Below are positions 8,772 through 18,541 of a stretch of 64,000 bases of DNA, piece after piece (the stretch's first letter is position 1; each line of letters begins with the position of its first letter). The translations under genes were made by a program, and so were the position numbers. This DNA comes from an uncultured Planctomycetaceae bacterium. GTDB taxonomy: Bacteria; Planctomycetota; Phycisphaerae; SM23-33. The DNA lies in the NCBI GenBank assembly GCA_964642855.1, contig CAZXSK010000011.1, positions 10,042-74,041 on the forward strand, written 5' to 3'. The notes under the pieces are model-generated. The model did no database searches, was not told the DNA's origin, and saw only the letters and a list, made by a program, of their open reading frames with translations.

Positions 8772-9845
8772 CTAAACGACTCCTGCCAGTTGATCTTTCA
8801 AGCTATTGGGACGCTGGGCCTGCGACATGGCCTGGTCTCGGGAGATCTGTCCGTTCAGTGCCAGCGCCTTGATCGAATCATCCAGCGTGCACATGCCAGC
8901 TTGGCGAGACGTCTCGATGGCATTGGGAATCTCGTGGATCCGGTTCTCGCGGATGCAGTTTCGAATAGCTGACGAACAGAGCATGACTTCGCACGCTGGG
9001 ATCATGCCCGGACAGTCTGCCCGTTTGAACAACACCTGGCTGATGACTGCCTGCAGCGTGTTCGAAAGCATAGCCCGGATCTGGTTCTGCTGCTCCGATG
9101 GGTAGATGTCGATGATACGCTCAATCGTCTGGGAGGCATTCTGCGTGTGGAGGGTCGAGAGTACCAGGTGGCCGGTTTCGGCGGCACTGATCGCAGCCGA
9201 GGTAGTCTCGAGGTCACGCATTTCGCCCACCAGGATGATGTCGGGATCCTGCCGGAGGGCGTGCTTCAGCCCGCTTGCGAACGTGGGTACGTCGCTGCCC
9301 AGTTCGCGCTGCTCGATGATACATTTGTCGCTGAACAGCTCATACTCGACGGGGTCCTCAAGCGTGATCACGTGACGCTTGTAGACCTTGTTGATTGCAC
9401 TGATCATCGAAGCCAGTGTCGTACTCTTCCCCGAGCCCGTCTGGCCGGTAACCAGAACGAGCCCGCGGGGCAGCGTCACCAGCGACTGGATTGCGGGGGG
9501 CAGGTTCAGGGTGTCCAGGGCCGGGACATTGGAACTGATCGACCGGAAGGCGATGGCGACAGAGTCCCGCTGGAAGTGCGCATTGACTCGGAAACGTCCC
9601 GCTCCCTCGACAGCCGTCGAGAAGTCCAGGTCGCGGTGTTCTTCGAACTCCTTGAACCGTTTCTCTCCGACCATGTCCATGACGAACTTGATCGACTGTT
9701 CCGGTGGGATTTCGGGCGCTCCCTTCACGGGCTCCAGAACCGTGTGGATGCGGAATAGCGGCGGCATGTTCGGCACGATATGCACGTCACTCGCTCCGAC
9801 TTCCAGCGCCTTGGTCAGCAATTTATCCAGAAAGCCCACGGGCAT
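8772..9845 (-). CDS. pilT: twitching motility / pilus retraction ATPase PilT
   Basis: 357 aa. Walker A GQTGSGKSTT, Asp box and Walker B ...DPDIILVGEMRD, and the His box TLHT. The PilT-length protein lacks the GspE N-terminal domain. Confidence 0.9.
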   Translation of the reverse strand: MPVGFLDKLLTKALEVGASDVHIVPNMPPLFRIHTVLEPVKGAPEIPPEQSIKFVMDMVGEKRFKEFEEHRDLDFSTAVEGAGRFRVNAHFQRDSVAIAFRSISSNVPALDTLNLPPAIQSLVTLPRGLVLVTGQTGSGKSTTLASMISAINKVYKRHVITLEDPVEYELFSDKCIIEQRELGSDVPTFASGLKHALRQDPDIILVGEMRDLETTSAAISAAETGHLVLSTLHTQNASQTIERIIDIYPSEQQNQIRAMLSNTLQAVISQVLFKRADCPGMIPACEVMLCSSAIRNCIRENRIHEIPNAIETSRQAGMCTLDDSIKALALNGQISRDQAMSQAQRPNSLKDQLAGVV

Positions 9846-9854
9846 TCTCCTCGA

Positions 9855-11654
9855 TCAGGTCTCCGTGACACGGAGAATCTCTTCTACGGTGGTGTGGCCC
9901 TCGATCGCCTTGGCGAGCCCGTCTTCGCGCAACGTTCTCATTCCCGCCTCCCGAGCGGCAGATCGCAGCTCATTGAGGGTTGGGTTGCCCGTCACCACGT
10001 TGCGGATCTCTTCGCTGAGCACGAGCAACTCGTGGATGCCCGTCCGCCCCTTGTAGCCGGTGTCGCGGCACTTGTCGCATCCCTTGCCCTGGTAGAGTTC
10101 CTTGACCGGGAAGCCCGATTGCTCCAGCAGGGCTCGATACTTGGCGGGGATGTCTTTGACGGCTTCGCGACAGTTGGGGCAGATCCGGCGAACCAGTCGC
10201 TGAGCCAGCACCGCATTGACGGCTGCGGAAATCAGGAACGGTTCGACGCCGATGTTTATCAGTCGCGTGATACTCGATGGTGCATCGTTGGTGTGCAGCG
10301 TCGAGAGGACCATGTGGCCGGTCAGCGCGGCTTGGATTGCGATCCGGGATGTTGGCTCGTCACGTATCTCGCCGACCATGATGACATCAGGGTCCTGGCG
10401 CAGCAGCGAGCGGAGCGCAGCCGAGAAGCTCATGCCGATCGAGTCGTGCACCTGAACCTGGTTGGCGTAGGGTACCTCGTATTCGACCGGGTCCTCGACC
10501 GTGGAAATATTGAGCGTATCCCCATCCATGATCGCCAAGCCGGAATACAGGGTAGTACTCTTGCCGCTGCCCGTCGGGCCTGTCACGAGGACCACCCCGT
10601 GAGGCTGGAGAATCTGTTCCTTGAAGGTCTCCAGGTTCTCCTTGCTCATGCCCAGATTCTCGAGGCCCACGTTGATCGAACGACCATCGAGAATACGGAT
10701 CACGCACTTTTCCCCCTGGGTGGTCGGGAGCGTGGAGACACGCAGGTCGACGGTTCGGCCATGGACGGTGGCCCGGATCTTGCCATCCTGGGGCAGTCGG
10801 CGTTCGGCGATATCCAGATTCGCCATGATCTTCAGCCTCGAGATGATTGCTGCGTGCATCTGAAGTGGCGGGGCGTTCTGTTCGAACAGGACGCCATCGA
10901 TACGGCATCGAACGCGCAGGCGGTTTTCGCAGGGCTCGATGTGAATGTCGCTGACCTCTTCCTTGACTGCCGAGGAGATCATGAAGTTCACGTAGCGGAT
11001 AACCGGACTCTCTCCGGCGATCCGTTCTAGGTCGGCGACCTCGTCGGCCTTTTCGTCGACTACTTCTACGGCGTCCTCGGAGATGTCCTTGATGAAGTCG
11101 TCGACCTGCTCTGAGGGGCTTGCCGACATCTCTTCGACAACGGCATCGATGTCCTCCGGCGGCACGACCGTAAGCTTCAGGGGCTTCTTCAGTCGCCGGC
11201 CTATGTCCTCGATGAGGAAGATATCCGATGGGTCAGCGATGCCCAGGCGGATTCCCTTCTCGCACTTGCCGATGGCCAGAACCCGCTTCTTCTTGCAGAA
11301 GTCGGAGGGCAGGGCCTGGAAGACATCGGGATCGACGTCCCCGGCCTTGACCCGACTGAACGGGAGTTCGAAGTACTTCGCTACGGCTTGGAGAGCGTGG
11401 ATCTCGGTGATGAACTTGGCCTGGACCAGTGCCGCCAGAACACTGAGCCTGGGGTTGGTCCTCTGGACCTGCAGGGCCTTGTTCAACTGGTCGCGGGTGA
11501 TGTGTCCTGCGTCCAGCAGAACGCGCTCCGGACCCCGAATGGTGTCCTTGGCGTCCTCGGGATTCCAGACGTCGGCGAAGTCCGGCCCCCTGGTCGAGGA
11601 GTCGTTCTCGGCGGGTTTCTGCTGATTTCCTGGTTGGCGCTGGGTGCGCGTCAA
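9855..11654 (-). CDS. pilB: type IV pilus assembly ATPase PilB / GspE family
   Basis: 599 aa. N-terminal GspE_N-like region, Walker A GPTGSGKSTT, a tetracysteine motif CPNC...CDKC, and His box TLHT. TTG start with upstream GGAGAGG. Confidence 0.9.
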   Translation of the reverse strand: MTRTQRQPGNQQKPAENDSSTRGPDFADVWNPEDAKDTIRGPERVLLDAGHITRDQLNKALQVQRTNPRLSVLAALVQAKFITEIHALQAVAKYFELPFSRVKAGDVDPDVFQALPSDFCKKKRVLAIGKCEKGIRLGIADPSDIFLIEDIGRRLKKPLKLTVVPPEDIDAVVEEMSASPSEQVDDFIKDISEDAVEVVDEKADEVADLERIAGESPVIRYVNFMISSAVKEEVSDIHIEPCENRLRVRCRIDGVLFEQNAPPLQMHAAIISRLKIMANLDIAERRLPQDGKIRATVHGRTVDLRVSTLPTTQGEKCVIRILDGRSINVGLENLGMSKENLETFKEQILQPHGVVLVTGPTGSGKSTTLYSGLAIMDGDTLNISTVEDPVEYEVPYANQVQVHDSIGMSFSAALRSLLRQDPDVIMVGEIRDEPTSRIAIQAALTGHMVLSTLHTNDAPSSITRLINIGVEPFLISAAVNAVLAQRLVRRICPNCREAVKDIPAKYRALLEQSGFPVKELYQGKGCDKCRDTGYKGRTGIHELLVLSEEIRNVVTGNPTLNELRSAAREAGMRTLREDGLAKAIEGHTTVEEILRVTET

Positions 11655-11687
11655 GACAAGCCTCTCCTGTCAGATCTGCCTACGTCG

Positions 11688-12338
11688 CTACTGTTCGAGC
11701 TGCATCACACGTTGGTGATCTTTCCAGACCAGGACAACGCGTTTGTCTCGAATCTGCCGAACGGTCCAGCCCGAGATCTTCTGGCCTTCCGTAAGCAGGC
11801 TCCCTGAGATCATGGCGATCTTCCCGCTCGGGCCGGTCAGGATGGAGTCAAGTTTCAACTGATCCACAGCCACCAGCATGGCTTCGTCGCCCTTGGGCGC
11901 TTCGGGTTGGTCGGTTTCAGGCTTCTCCTCCTCGGGCTTCTGCATGAGCTGCGCGATGGAAACGAATGGGTTTCCGGACAGCTTGTCCTGCGGAATCTGT
12001 CGATCGCGTGCCTCGAAGTAGAAGGACTCCACAACGGCCTTGGCCTTGCTTGGCTTGGCGGCCTGTCTCAGTTTCGCCAGCGCGCCGGTAACGCGGATTT
12101 CGTTTCGCTGCTCGGAGGCGCTTGCCTCGACAGGTCCGCCTCGGATACTCAGCAGATAGACGGCTCCGATGCCGGCTACGAACAGGCCGATCAGCAGAAG
12201 ATTCCCTCCACCGATCTGGGGGATCTTCTCGGTCAGGCTGGTCATGTTCGACCTGGCTCCCTGTTTCGCGGGAACACCCGCACCGGGAGACACGCCAAGG
12301 CCCTGATTGGACTTGCTTGCGGATTCAGGCATCGTCAT
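11688..12338 (-). CDS. PilP/GspC-like pilus assembly protein (single TM, C-terminal beta domain)
   Basis: One TM helix (LLLIGLFVAGIGAVYLL). It lies between pilO and pilB, and its ATG overlaps the pilO stop as ATGA. The assignment rests mainly on position and topology. Confidence 0.45.
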   Translation of the reverse strand: MTMPESASKSNQGLGVSPGAGVPAKQGARSNMTSLTEKIPQIGGGNLLLIGLFVAGIGAVYLLSIRGGPVEASASEQRNEIRVTGALAKLRQAAKPSKAKAVVESFYFEARDRQIPQDKLSGNPFVSIAQLMQKPEEEKPETDQPEAPKGDEAMLVAVDQLKLDSILTGPSGKIAMISGSLLTEGQKISGWTVRQIRDKRVVLVWKDHQRVMQLEQ

Positions 12339-12913
12339 CTCCTGCTTCGTTCGAAGAAGATGGACATCGTGAAGGTTGCGCTGACATACCCGGCCGGCCT
12401 CCCACGACCGCCTGCGGCAGATAGGTTGATCTGTGTGACACGGGTGATGCGAGGCTGGTTTTCCAAGGCCTGCAGGAAGGAGTACAACCCCATGAAGTCT
12501 CCCTCCAACTGGACGACGATGGGCTGCTCAGAATGCCTGCCTCCCGCAGCCAGTCGCTTTCCCGCATTGCCTGTCTGGGGTCGGATACTCTTGGTCCGAA
12601 GATCGTTGGCCTCTGCCAGAAGCCAGATCTCCTTCAGGACCTTGTCGATTTCCTTTTCACTGGGCAGTTTCGAGCGGAAGAATGCGATCGCGCCCTCAAG
12701 CTCCCCGATCTCCCCCTTCAGATTGCCTATGGTCGCCGTGGCCCGGTTCAACTGTGCCAGTCGGACCTGTTTGGCCTCGATCTGCCCCATCATCTCCTTG
12801 TTGCGAGCGTCCTGAGGGCGAAATACGAACTGCCACGCGCCTACCGGGATGGCCAGCAGCATCGCGATGAAAACAATCTCTCGGATTCCGAACTTCATTC
12901 CTCTGCCCCCCAT
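12335..12913 (-). CDS. pilO: type IV pilus assembly protein PilO
   Basis: N-terminal TM helix, a coiled-coil, then a PilO-like C-terminal domain (EIDKVLKEIWLLAEANDLR...). Operon position is after pilN. Confidence 0.7.
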   Translation of the reverse strand: MGGRGMKFGIREIVFIAMLLAIPVGAWQFVFRPQDARNKEMMGQIEAKQVRLAQLNRATATIGNLKGEIGELEGAIAFFRSKLPSEKEIDKVLKEIWLLAEANDLRTKSIRPQTGNAGKRLAAGGRHSEQPIVVQLEGDFMGLYSFLQALENQPRITRVTQINLSAAGGRGRPAGYVSATFTMSIFFERSRR

Positions 12914-13605
12914 GCCTTGACCAGTGCCACCTCCGTCAACGAAGGCGAGTGATCGTTACTGGCTTGGATTGCTTCGATTGCGTCCATGCCCGGCTTGATC
13001 GTCATTTCCAGATGGAAGGATCGGACGGAATTCTCCTCGCTCCGTTTGCGGGCTTCGACGCTGTAGATCAGGTCCACGCTGTCGACGAGGGGGTTGTTCC
13101 GAAGCCGGGCGATATAGAGAGCGACCTCCACGTCGGTCTTCGCCTGGCCGTAGATCGTGATGTCCACGGAGGGACTGAAGCTCTTGACCGTTGGCCCAAG
13201 TGATTTCTTGCCTCGGGCCGGCCTGCGACGGGCTGTCGCCTTTCCGTTGTCCAGGATCACCCGAAGAAGGGCAACATTCTCGGGGCGTGCATTGGTGATA
13301 AAGCCGATCAGGTAGCTCCTTGGAACCCGTTCCATCAGCGCCGAGGTGTTCTCCGCCTTGGCGATGAGCTTCTTCTTCTGGAGCTCAAGTTCCTGGAGTT
13401 GATCAATCAGCGATGCAGCGCGGGCATATTCTTCGCTCACTCGTGCGGCAATCTGCTTCGTCCTTCGCGTCTTTGCTTCGGAGACAATGGCCGCTCCGCC
13501 TACCGCAGCCATCACCACCACAAAAAGCACAAAGCAGAGGACGTTCGCACGTCGCTGTGCCCTGCGTTTGGCATAGTCTTCCGGAATCAGGTTCACTGTA
13601 CTCAT
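12895..13605 (-). CDS. pilN: type IV pilus assembly protein PilN
   Basis: The N-terminus MSTVNLIPEDY is the INLLP motif typical of PilN, followed by a TM helix and a coiled-coil. It follows pilM. Confidence 0.75.
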   Translation of the reverse strand: MSTVNLIPEDYAKRRAQRRANVLCFVLFVVVMAAVGGAAIVSEAKTRRTKQIAARVSEEYARAASLIDQLQELELQKKKLIAKAENTSALMERVPRSYLIGFITNARPENVALLRVILDNGKATARRRPARGKKSLGPTVKSFSPSVDITIYGQAKTDVEVALYIARLRNNPLVDSVDLIYSVEARKRSEENSVRSFHLEMTIKPGMDAIEAIQASNDHSPSLTEVALVKAWGAEE

Positions 13606-13620
13606 GCTCGCCTCTCTAGC

Positions 13621-14703
13621 CTATGCCGCCTGGGCCGCGCCGAGGCACAGGCCCACGGCGACTGCAAACCGCGGCTGGGGAATCGGCTTCTCATCCGGTC
13701 CGGCAGGTGGCTTGCCCGGCTGGTGCACACGGGCAAGCGGATCGCCGATCTGGGCCGGAAGATGCATTCGCTTGGCGATCGCCTGGCAGAGCTGACGGTC
13801 ATTTGCCTGACCACCGACGAATACCGCTCGCTCGACGCCCTGATTCTTGAACACCGACTCGCAGTATCGAAGACACTGGGTCAGTTCGCTGCCGAATGCG
13901 GTCAGTGGTTCCTCGAGATAGCCCAGAAGATCCACTACCGGAGCTTGGGGATCTGCCTGCAACTGCGTTCGTCGAAGCTGCCGGGCCTGATCGATGGAAA
14001 TCTCCATGCCCTTCGACAGGGCCTGAGCAAACTGGTCGCCGCCGATCTGAAGATTGTGCGCGAACAGGATCTGCGTTCCTCGCGCCAGAACCACCTGGGT
14101 AGTTGCCTCGCCGATGTCGACGAACAACTTCGGCTGATTCGCTTCGGCCTCAGTACCGACCTTCGAGAAGCACTCGGCGATTGCGCACGGCTCGACGTTG
14201 ACTGCTATGGGATCCAGCTTCGCCCGTCTGCAGAGTTTCAGGTAGGCATCCACGCGGTCGCGCGGGGCCGCGATCACAATCGCCTCCTGACTGGCTTCGC
14301 CTTCTTCGCTGTACACGTCCCCGGCGACAAAGTGTCGAATGACCGCCTTGGACAGTGGGAAGGGGACTTTCTCACCGATCTGCGACTCCAGCGTCTGCTC
14401 GATAGGCAGCTTCGAGTTCTTCGGGATCCGGACCGGGTGGACGAACGTGTCGTCGGAAGGGAGCGAGATGGCGCATTCCGTACCCTCAAACGGGTGTGTC
14501 TGCATCAGTGACCGGAGCGTCTCGGCGAGGTAGCGGGTGCGAAGCTTGAAGTCTCTTCGGCATGGGTGGGGAATGTCGGAGGTAGCCAAAGCTACGAGTT
14601 CAAGCCCGCTTTCCCGTTGGCGGAGTTGCACCATCTTCAGAGAGCTGGTTCCAAGATCCAGCCCAATGGGCAGAGCGTTATTGGAGGATTTTCCAAGTGC
14701 CAT
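13621..14703 (-). CDS. pilM: type IV pilus assembly protein PilM (actin-like ATPase fold)
   Basis: The N-terminus ...PIGLDLGTSSLKMVQL is the actin/FtsA-like phosphate-1 motif characteristic of PilM. It is the first gene of the operon. Confidence 0.85.
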   Translation of the reverse strand: MALGKSSNNALPIGLDLGTSSLKMVQLRQRESGLELVALATSDIPHPCRRDFKLRTRYLAETLRSLMQTHPFEGTECAISLPSDDTFVHPVRIPKNSKLPIEQTLESQIGEKVPFPLSKAVIRHFVAGDVYSEEGEASQEAIVIAAPRDRVDAYLKLCRRAKLDPIAVNVEPCAIAECFSKVGTEAEANQPKLFVDIGEATTQVVLARGTQILFAHNLQIGGDQFAQALSKGMEISIDQARQLRRTQLQADPQAPVVDLLGYLEEPLTAFGSELTQCLRYCESVFKNQGVERAVFVGGQANDRQLCQAIAKRMHLPAQIGDPLARVHQPGKPPAGPDEKPIPQPRFAVAVGLCLGAAQAA

Positions 14704-14992
14704 ATCGCACTCCCTCGTAAGACATCCTGATATACAGCAGTGCTGTCCCGGCCGAAGCCGGTTGCAGCGGCGGGATCTGGAACCCAGGCAGCTTGGCCTC
14801 CCTCCCTGGGGGCGTTGCTTCCTCCAGCCTCGCTTTGGCTTGCGGAGCCTCCACTCCGCGCAAATCCTCCAAAGGTAGCTTACGTTTCACGATGCACACA
14901 GAGAAACGCATGGGGATCCAGACGGTTCACCGATGTCTGTATCGGACCCTGCACGGGAGATGTTAAATAAGGAGCCATTCGGGGCGGAAATA
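14704..14992 (-). promoter_or_regulatory. putative promoter/5' UTR region of the pilM-led pilus operon
   Basis: A 289-nt non-coding gap upstream of pilM on the minus strand and downstream of the hemW stop. It is locally AT-richer (..gatgttaaataaggagccattcggggcggaaatatcacatatc..). No consensus promoter boxes were assigned. Confidence 0.3.
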
Positions 14993-16162
14993 TCACATAT
15001 CTTCGAAAAGGTCTGCAAATACTGAATTTGCGACAAACCATGCCCGTCGCGTCAGCCTGACATTCTCTGACGTGATCTTCAGCATTCCGTTTGCACAATA
15101 CTTTGAAAAGACTTGCGCAAAGGACTCTGCCGGATCCGCGCCATACCGCTGCAAGAAGTCGCGGCGGGATATCCCTTCGACCAGACGCAGGCCCAGCATG
15201 AGTCCCTCGGCCAGTCTCCGTCTGCCCTCAAGCTGCTCGGACGAAGACACGGCAGACTCGCCGGCTTGTATACTCTCGATGTAGGTGTTGAGTTCACAGG
15301 CATTTGTCGATCGTGTCCGGCCGTCATAGCTCGATGCAGCGGGCCCTGTGCCAAGATAAGGAAGATTCTGCCAGTAGGTGAGATTGTGCCTGCACCGATG
15401 GCCAGACCGGGCGAAGTTGGAGAGTTCATAGGGCGATAGCCCGTGGGAGGAGAGGAAATCCACAGCCATATCGTAGCAGTCTGCCTGGAGATCGTCGTCC
15501 ATCTCTCTGAGTCGTCCGGCCCGGACTTCCCTGGCCAGTTCTGTGCCTCTCTCCACGCTCAAGGCGTAGCAGCTTACGTGCGAGGGCAACAGGTCGACAC
15601 ATCGCTCCAGCGATTGCTGCCAGGAAGCCACGGTTTGTCCCGGCAGGCCGAACATCAGATCCAGGGAAAGGTTGGTAATGCCTTCGTCTCGAAGAATCTC
15701 TGCGGTCGTGGCGACATCTTCAGGTTTGTGGGCCCGGCCCAGGACCTCCAACTCCCGGACAACAAAAGACTGTGCCCCCATGCTTATCCGATTGGCCCCC
15801 ATGGTGGAGAGAAGCTGAGCCTTCCCCCGATCGATCGTTGCGGGGTTCGCCTCCACGGTGAACTCCGTCTCCGGCCCGCACAGCGGCTGGATCGCAGAGA
15901 GCAGGTCCTGCAGAAGCGGTGTCTCGAGTGCTGTGGGCGTGCCCCCGCCGACGAAGACGGACCCGACCGGAAGGGCAAGCATACTCGACTTCGCAGCAAG
16001 TTCCCTCTGGACTGCCTTCAGGTAAGCTGCGGCCTGCGTTTCCTCCATCGGAACAGAGCAGAAGTCGCAGTAGCTGCACTTGCGGATACAGAAGGGCACA
16101 TGGACGTAGAGCGCCCGGCAGGGGGGAGGGGCAAGATCGGTGTGTTTTTGCTTGCAGGGCAT
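14993..16162 (-). CDS. hemW: radical SAM heme chaperone HemW / HemN-like oxygen-independent coproporphyrinogen III oxidase family
   Basis: LYVHVPFCIRKCSYCDF is the CxxxCxxC radical SAM motif in the HemN-family context. The 389-aa length fits. Confidence 0.85.
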   Translation of the reverse strand: MPCKQKHTDLAPPPCRALYVHVPFCIRKCSYCDFCSVPMEETQAAAYLKAVQRELAAKSSMLALPVGSVFVGGGTPTALETPLLQDLLSAIQPLCGPETEFTVEANPATIDRGKAQLLSTMGANRISMGAQSFVVRELEVLGRAHKPEDVATTAEILRDEGITNLSLDLMFGLPGQTVASWQQSLERCVDLLPSHVSCYALSVERGTELAREVRAGRLREMDDDLQADCYDMAVDFLSSHGLSPYELSNFARSGHRCRHNLTYWQNLPYLGTGPAASSYDGRTRSTNACELNTYIESIQAGESAVSSSEQLEGRRRLAEGLMLGLRLVEGISRRDFLQRYGADPAESFAQVFSKYCANGMLKITSENVRLTRRAWFVANSVFADLFEDM

Positions 16163-16274
16163 GGTGCAGCTTTTACAATAGTCCTCCGTGTGGGGGGAAC
16201 CTGTCGGGCAGGGGCGACGGGAAAGACGTCATCCAGTGGTCCGCTTGTGGTAACAGGCAGAAGCAGGAAGAATT

Positions 16275-16766
16275 ATGGACGCCAAGCTCGTGATGTTCAA
16301 GGCCAACGGTAATCGCAAGGACTTCTCCGTCAAGGACGGTCTGACGGTCATCGGTCGCGGAGAAGATTGCGACCTGCGCGTCCCGATCATGAGCGTATCA
16401 CGCCGGCACTGCGAACTTACCAACGAAGGCCAGGCCGTCAAGGTCAAGGACCTCGGCTCTTCCAACGGGACCTACGTCAATAATCAGCGTGTCAATGAGG
16501 CGGAACTGTCGGCCGGGGATCGGCTGGTGATCGGCCCGATCGTCTTCACCGTCCAGATCAACGGACAGCCCGAAGAGATCAAACCCGTCAAGACTCGCGG
16601 GCAGAGGCTTGCCGAAGCCGGCGAGCCCGGCATGGACGAAGTGGTCGATCTGGAGGCTGATGTTACCTCCAGCAGCGGGGATGAGGAAGAGGTCGACATC
16701 GATCCGATCGCGGCGTTGGAGGCCTTGGCCTCCGAGCCCGACGATGAGGAAGACAAGAACGCCTGA
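16275..16766 (+). CDS. FHA domain-containing protein with acidic C-terminal tail
   Basis: VIGRGEDCDLRVPIMSVSRRHCEL...GSSNGTYVNNQRV is a canonical FHA motif. AGGAAG Shine-Dalgarno sequence before the ATG. Confidence 0.8.
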   Translation: MDAKLVMFKANGNRKDFSVKDGLTVIGRGEDCDLRVPIMSVSRRHCELTNEGQAVKVKDLGSSNGTYVNNQRVNEAELSAGDRLVIGPIVFTVQINGQPEEIKPVKTRGQRLAEAGEPGMDEVVDLEADVTSSSGDEEEVDIDPIAALEALASEPDDEEDKNA

Positions 16767-16797
16767 TCACACCCAGGTGCGATGGAGCCAACCAAGG

Positions 16798-16826
16798 CTC
16801 GGCCTATCAGGCCGGGCCTTTTCCTT
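16798..16826 (+). terminator. weak terminator-like hairpin between the convergent FHA and ruvX genes
   Basis: CTCGGCC-TATCA-GGCCGGG stem-loop followed by CCTTTTCCTT. Confidence 0.3.
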
Positions 16827-16844
16827 GCGGTTTGACAAAGTGAG

Positions 16845-17300
16845 TCAGTCTTCGTTTTCCCCAACGTCAGAGGGCCTGGGAGCTCTATCCGGGCCGGACT
16901 GATGGAGGAACTCTCGCAGAAACGTCGCCGCTGCCAAGGCATCCTGTCTCCGCCGTTTCTTCTTGCGGGTCAGGAGGCCTGCCAGATCGCGGTCCGCCTG
17001 GAAGCTGCTGAGGCGTTCATCCCAGAGACGGATGTCCAGCTCCAGCTTGCTGGCTAGCCAGGAGGCCAACTCCCGAGCCTTCTTGCCCTGCGGCCCTTCT
17101 GTGTCGTCCATGTTCAAAGGCCAGCCGACAACGACCCCTTCCGCAGCGTATTCTTCAGCCAGATCGCCGATGCGCTCCGCCAGCTTCTCCTCAGAAGCCC
17201 CTTCCAAGACCTCCAGCGGGGAAGCGATGCCGTCTTGCGTTCGCCCCACCGCAATGCCGATGCGCCTGCTGCCGTGATCGATAGCCAGCCAGCATCCCAT
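16845..17300 (-). CDS. ruvX: Holliday junction resolvase-like protein RuvX (YqgF)
   Basis: MGCWLAIDHGSRRIGIAVG fits the YqgF/RuvX family. Start placed at ATG 17300 rather than the ORF-track upstream start. Confidence 0.85.
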   Translation of the reverse strand: MGCWLAIDHGSRRIGIAVGRTQDGIASPLEVLEGASEEKLAERIGDLAEEYAAEGVVVGWPLNMDDTEGPQGKKARELASWLASKLELDIRLWDERLSSFQADRDLAGLLTRKKKRRRQDALAAATFLREFLHQSGPDRAPRPSDVGENED

Positions 17301-17307
17301 GGCATGC

Positions 17308-18381
17308 TCACACGTGCTCAGAGCCGAAGCGATCAGCGACCTCGCCGACCAGTTCCTTGATCCGCTGAGCATCGGACTTCTTGCACACAAGGGTAGCATC
17401 GGGAGTGTGAACCACGATACAGTCCTCCATGCCCACCACCCCGATGATGTGCCCGGTTTCGGTCACCACAACATTCCTGCTGCTTTCGGCGAGCACGGCG
17501 TTTTCCGCCATGACGACATTACCTTTCTCGTCGGTCGGACAGACCTTCCCCAAGGCAGGCCAGGAACCCACGTCCACCCACTCGCAGTCCAACTCGACCA
17601 TCATGACTTCCCGCGCCTTTTCCATAACAGCGTAGTCGATGCTGATCTTCTCGAGCTTGGGGTATACGTCCTCGAGGATCGCCTGGTAGTCTTGATTGCC
17701 TGCCGCCGCCTTGCGAACCGCAGCCAGTTTCTCCATGGAGTCGGGCAGGAACTCATTCAGGGCTTTGCGGATCGCCTGAAGCGTCCAGACAAACATGCCG
17801 CTGTTCCAGTAGTACTCGCCGCTGTCGACGTACCGTCTCGCTGTGGGATGGTCCGGCTTCTCCCTGAACCCGAGCACCTCATAGACAGGCCCACCGCCTT
17901 TGACATCGCAGTGAATGTAACCCAGCCCGGTATGGGGCCAAGTTGGGCGGATGCCGAACGTCACCAGCGCGTCGGGATGGTTCTCGGCTGCCTCGCACGC
18001 AGCGGTCACCGACCGGGCGAACTTCTCCTGGGGGCGGATCACGTGATCGGCCGTGAAGACAGACATTGTTGCCGATTCGTCGCGCGCCGCCAGGAGTTCC
18101 GCGGCCAGGGCGATGGCATTGGCGGTATCCCGTCCCTCCGGCTCGCCGATGATGTTCTCTCTGGGCAGGCCCGGAAGGGATTCCGCCACCTGGTCTGCGT
18201 ATTCGGCATTGGTGACGATCAGGATATTCTCTTCGTCCATTACCCCCTTCAGACGATCGACAGAGATCGACAGTAGGTTCTGACCACCCACCAGGGGCAA
18301 CAGTTGCTTGGGTCGATCCAGCCGGCTCATCGGCCACAACCGCTTGCCGGCTCCGCCGGCCATGATTACGCCAAATCTCAT
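17308..18381 (-). CDS. mannose-1-phosphate guanylyltransferase (GDP-mannose pyrophosphorylase), single-domain
   Basis: MRFGVIMAGGAGKRLWPMSRLDRPKQL is the nucleotidyltransferase G-rich loop. The 357-aa sequence is typical of the ManC N-terminal domain. Confidence 0.85.
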   Translation of the reverse strand: MRFGVIMAGGAGKRLWPMSRLDRPKQLLPLVGGQNLLSISVDRLKGVMDEENILIVTNAEYADQVAESLPGLPRENIIGEPEGRDTANAIALAAELLAARDESATMSVFTADHVIRPQEKFARSVTAACEAAENHPDALVTFGIRPTWPHTGLGYIHCDVKGGGPVYEVLGFREKPDHPTARRYVDSGEYYWNSGMFVWTLQAIRKALNEFLPDSMEKLAAVRKAAAGNQDYQAILEDVYPKLEKISIDYAVMEKAREVMMVELDCEWVDVGSWPALGKVCPTDEKGNVVMAENAVLAESSRNVVVTETGHIIGVVGMEDCIVVHTPDATLVCKKSDAQRIKELVGEVADRFGSEHV

Positions 18382-18541
18382 GTGCAGGGTCTCCTTAACT
18401 CTTTGCCATGGTGCGCAGGTTGCGGCAAGGCGTCAATGAGTAAGTTTCCCGTTGCCCTGACCTTTCGGGCCTGTAGAGTAGACCTTCCGCTCCCTCCACC
18501 GAGAGGCCAAGGCGAACCCCTTATGCCAGGAGAGAGATCAC

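Noticed and set aside
9780-14511. Plus-strand ORFs 9780-11030 (416 aa), 11907-12815 (302 aa) and 13399-14511 (370 aa) inside the pilus operon
   Set aside because: They are antisense to pilB/pilO/pilM, which carry unmistakable family motifs. Their composition is shadow-like.
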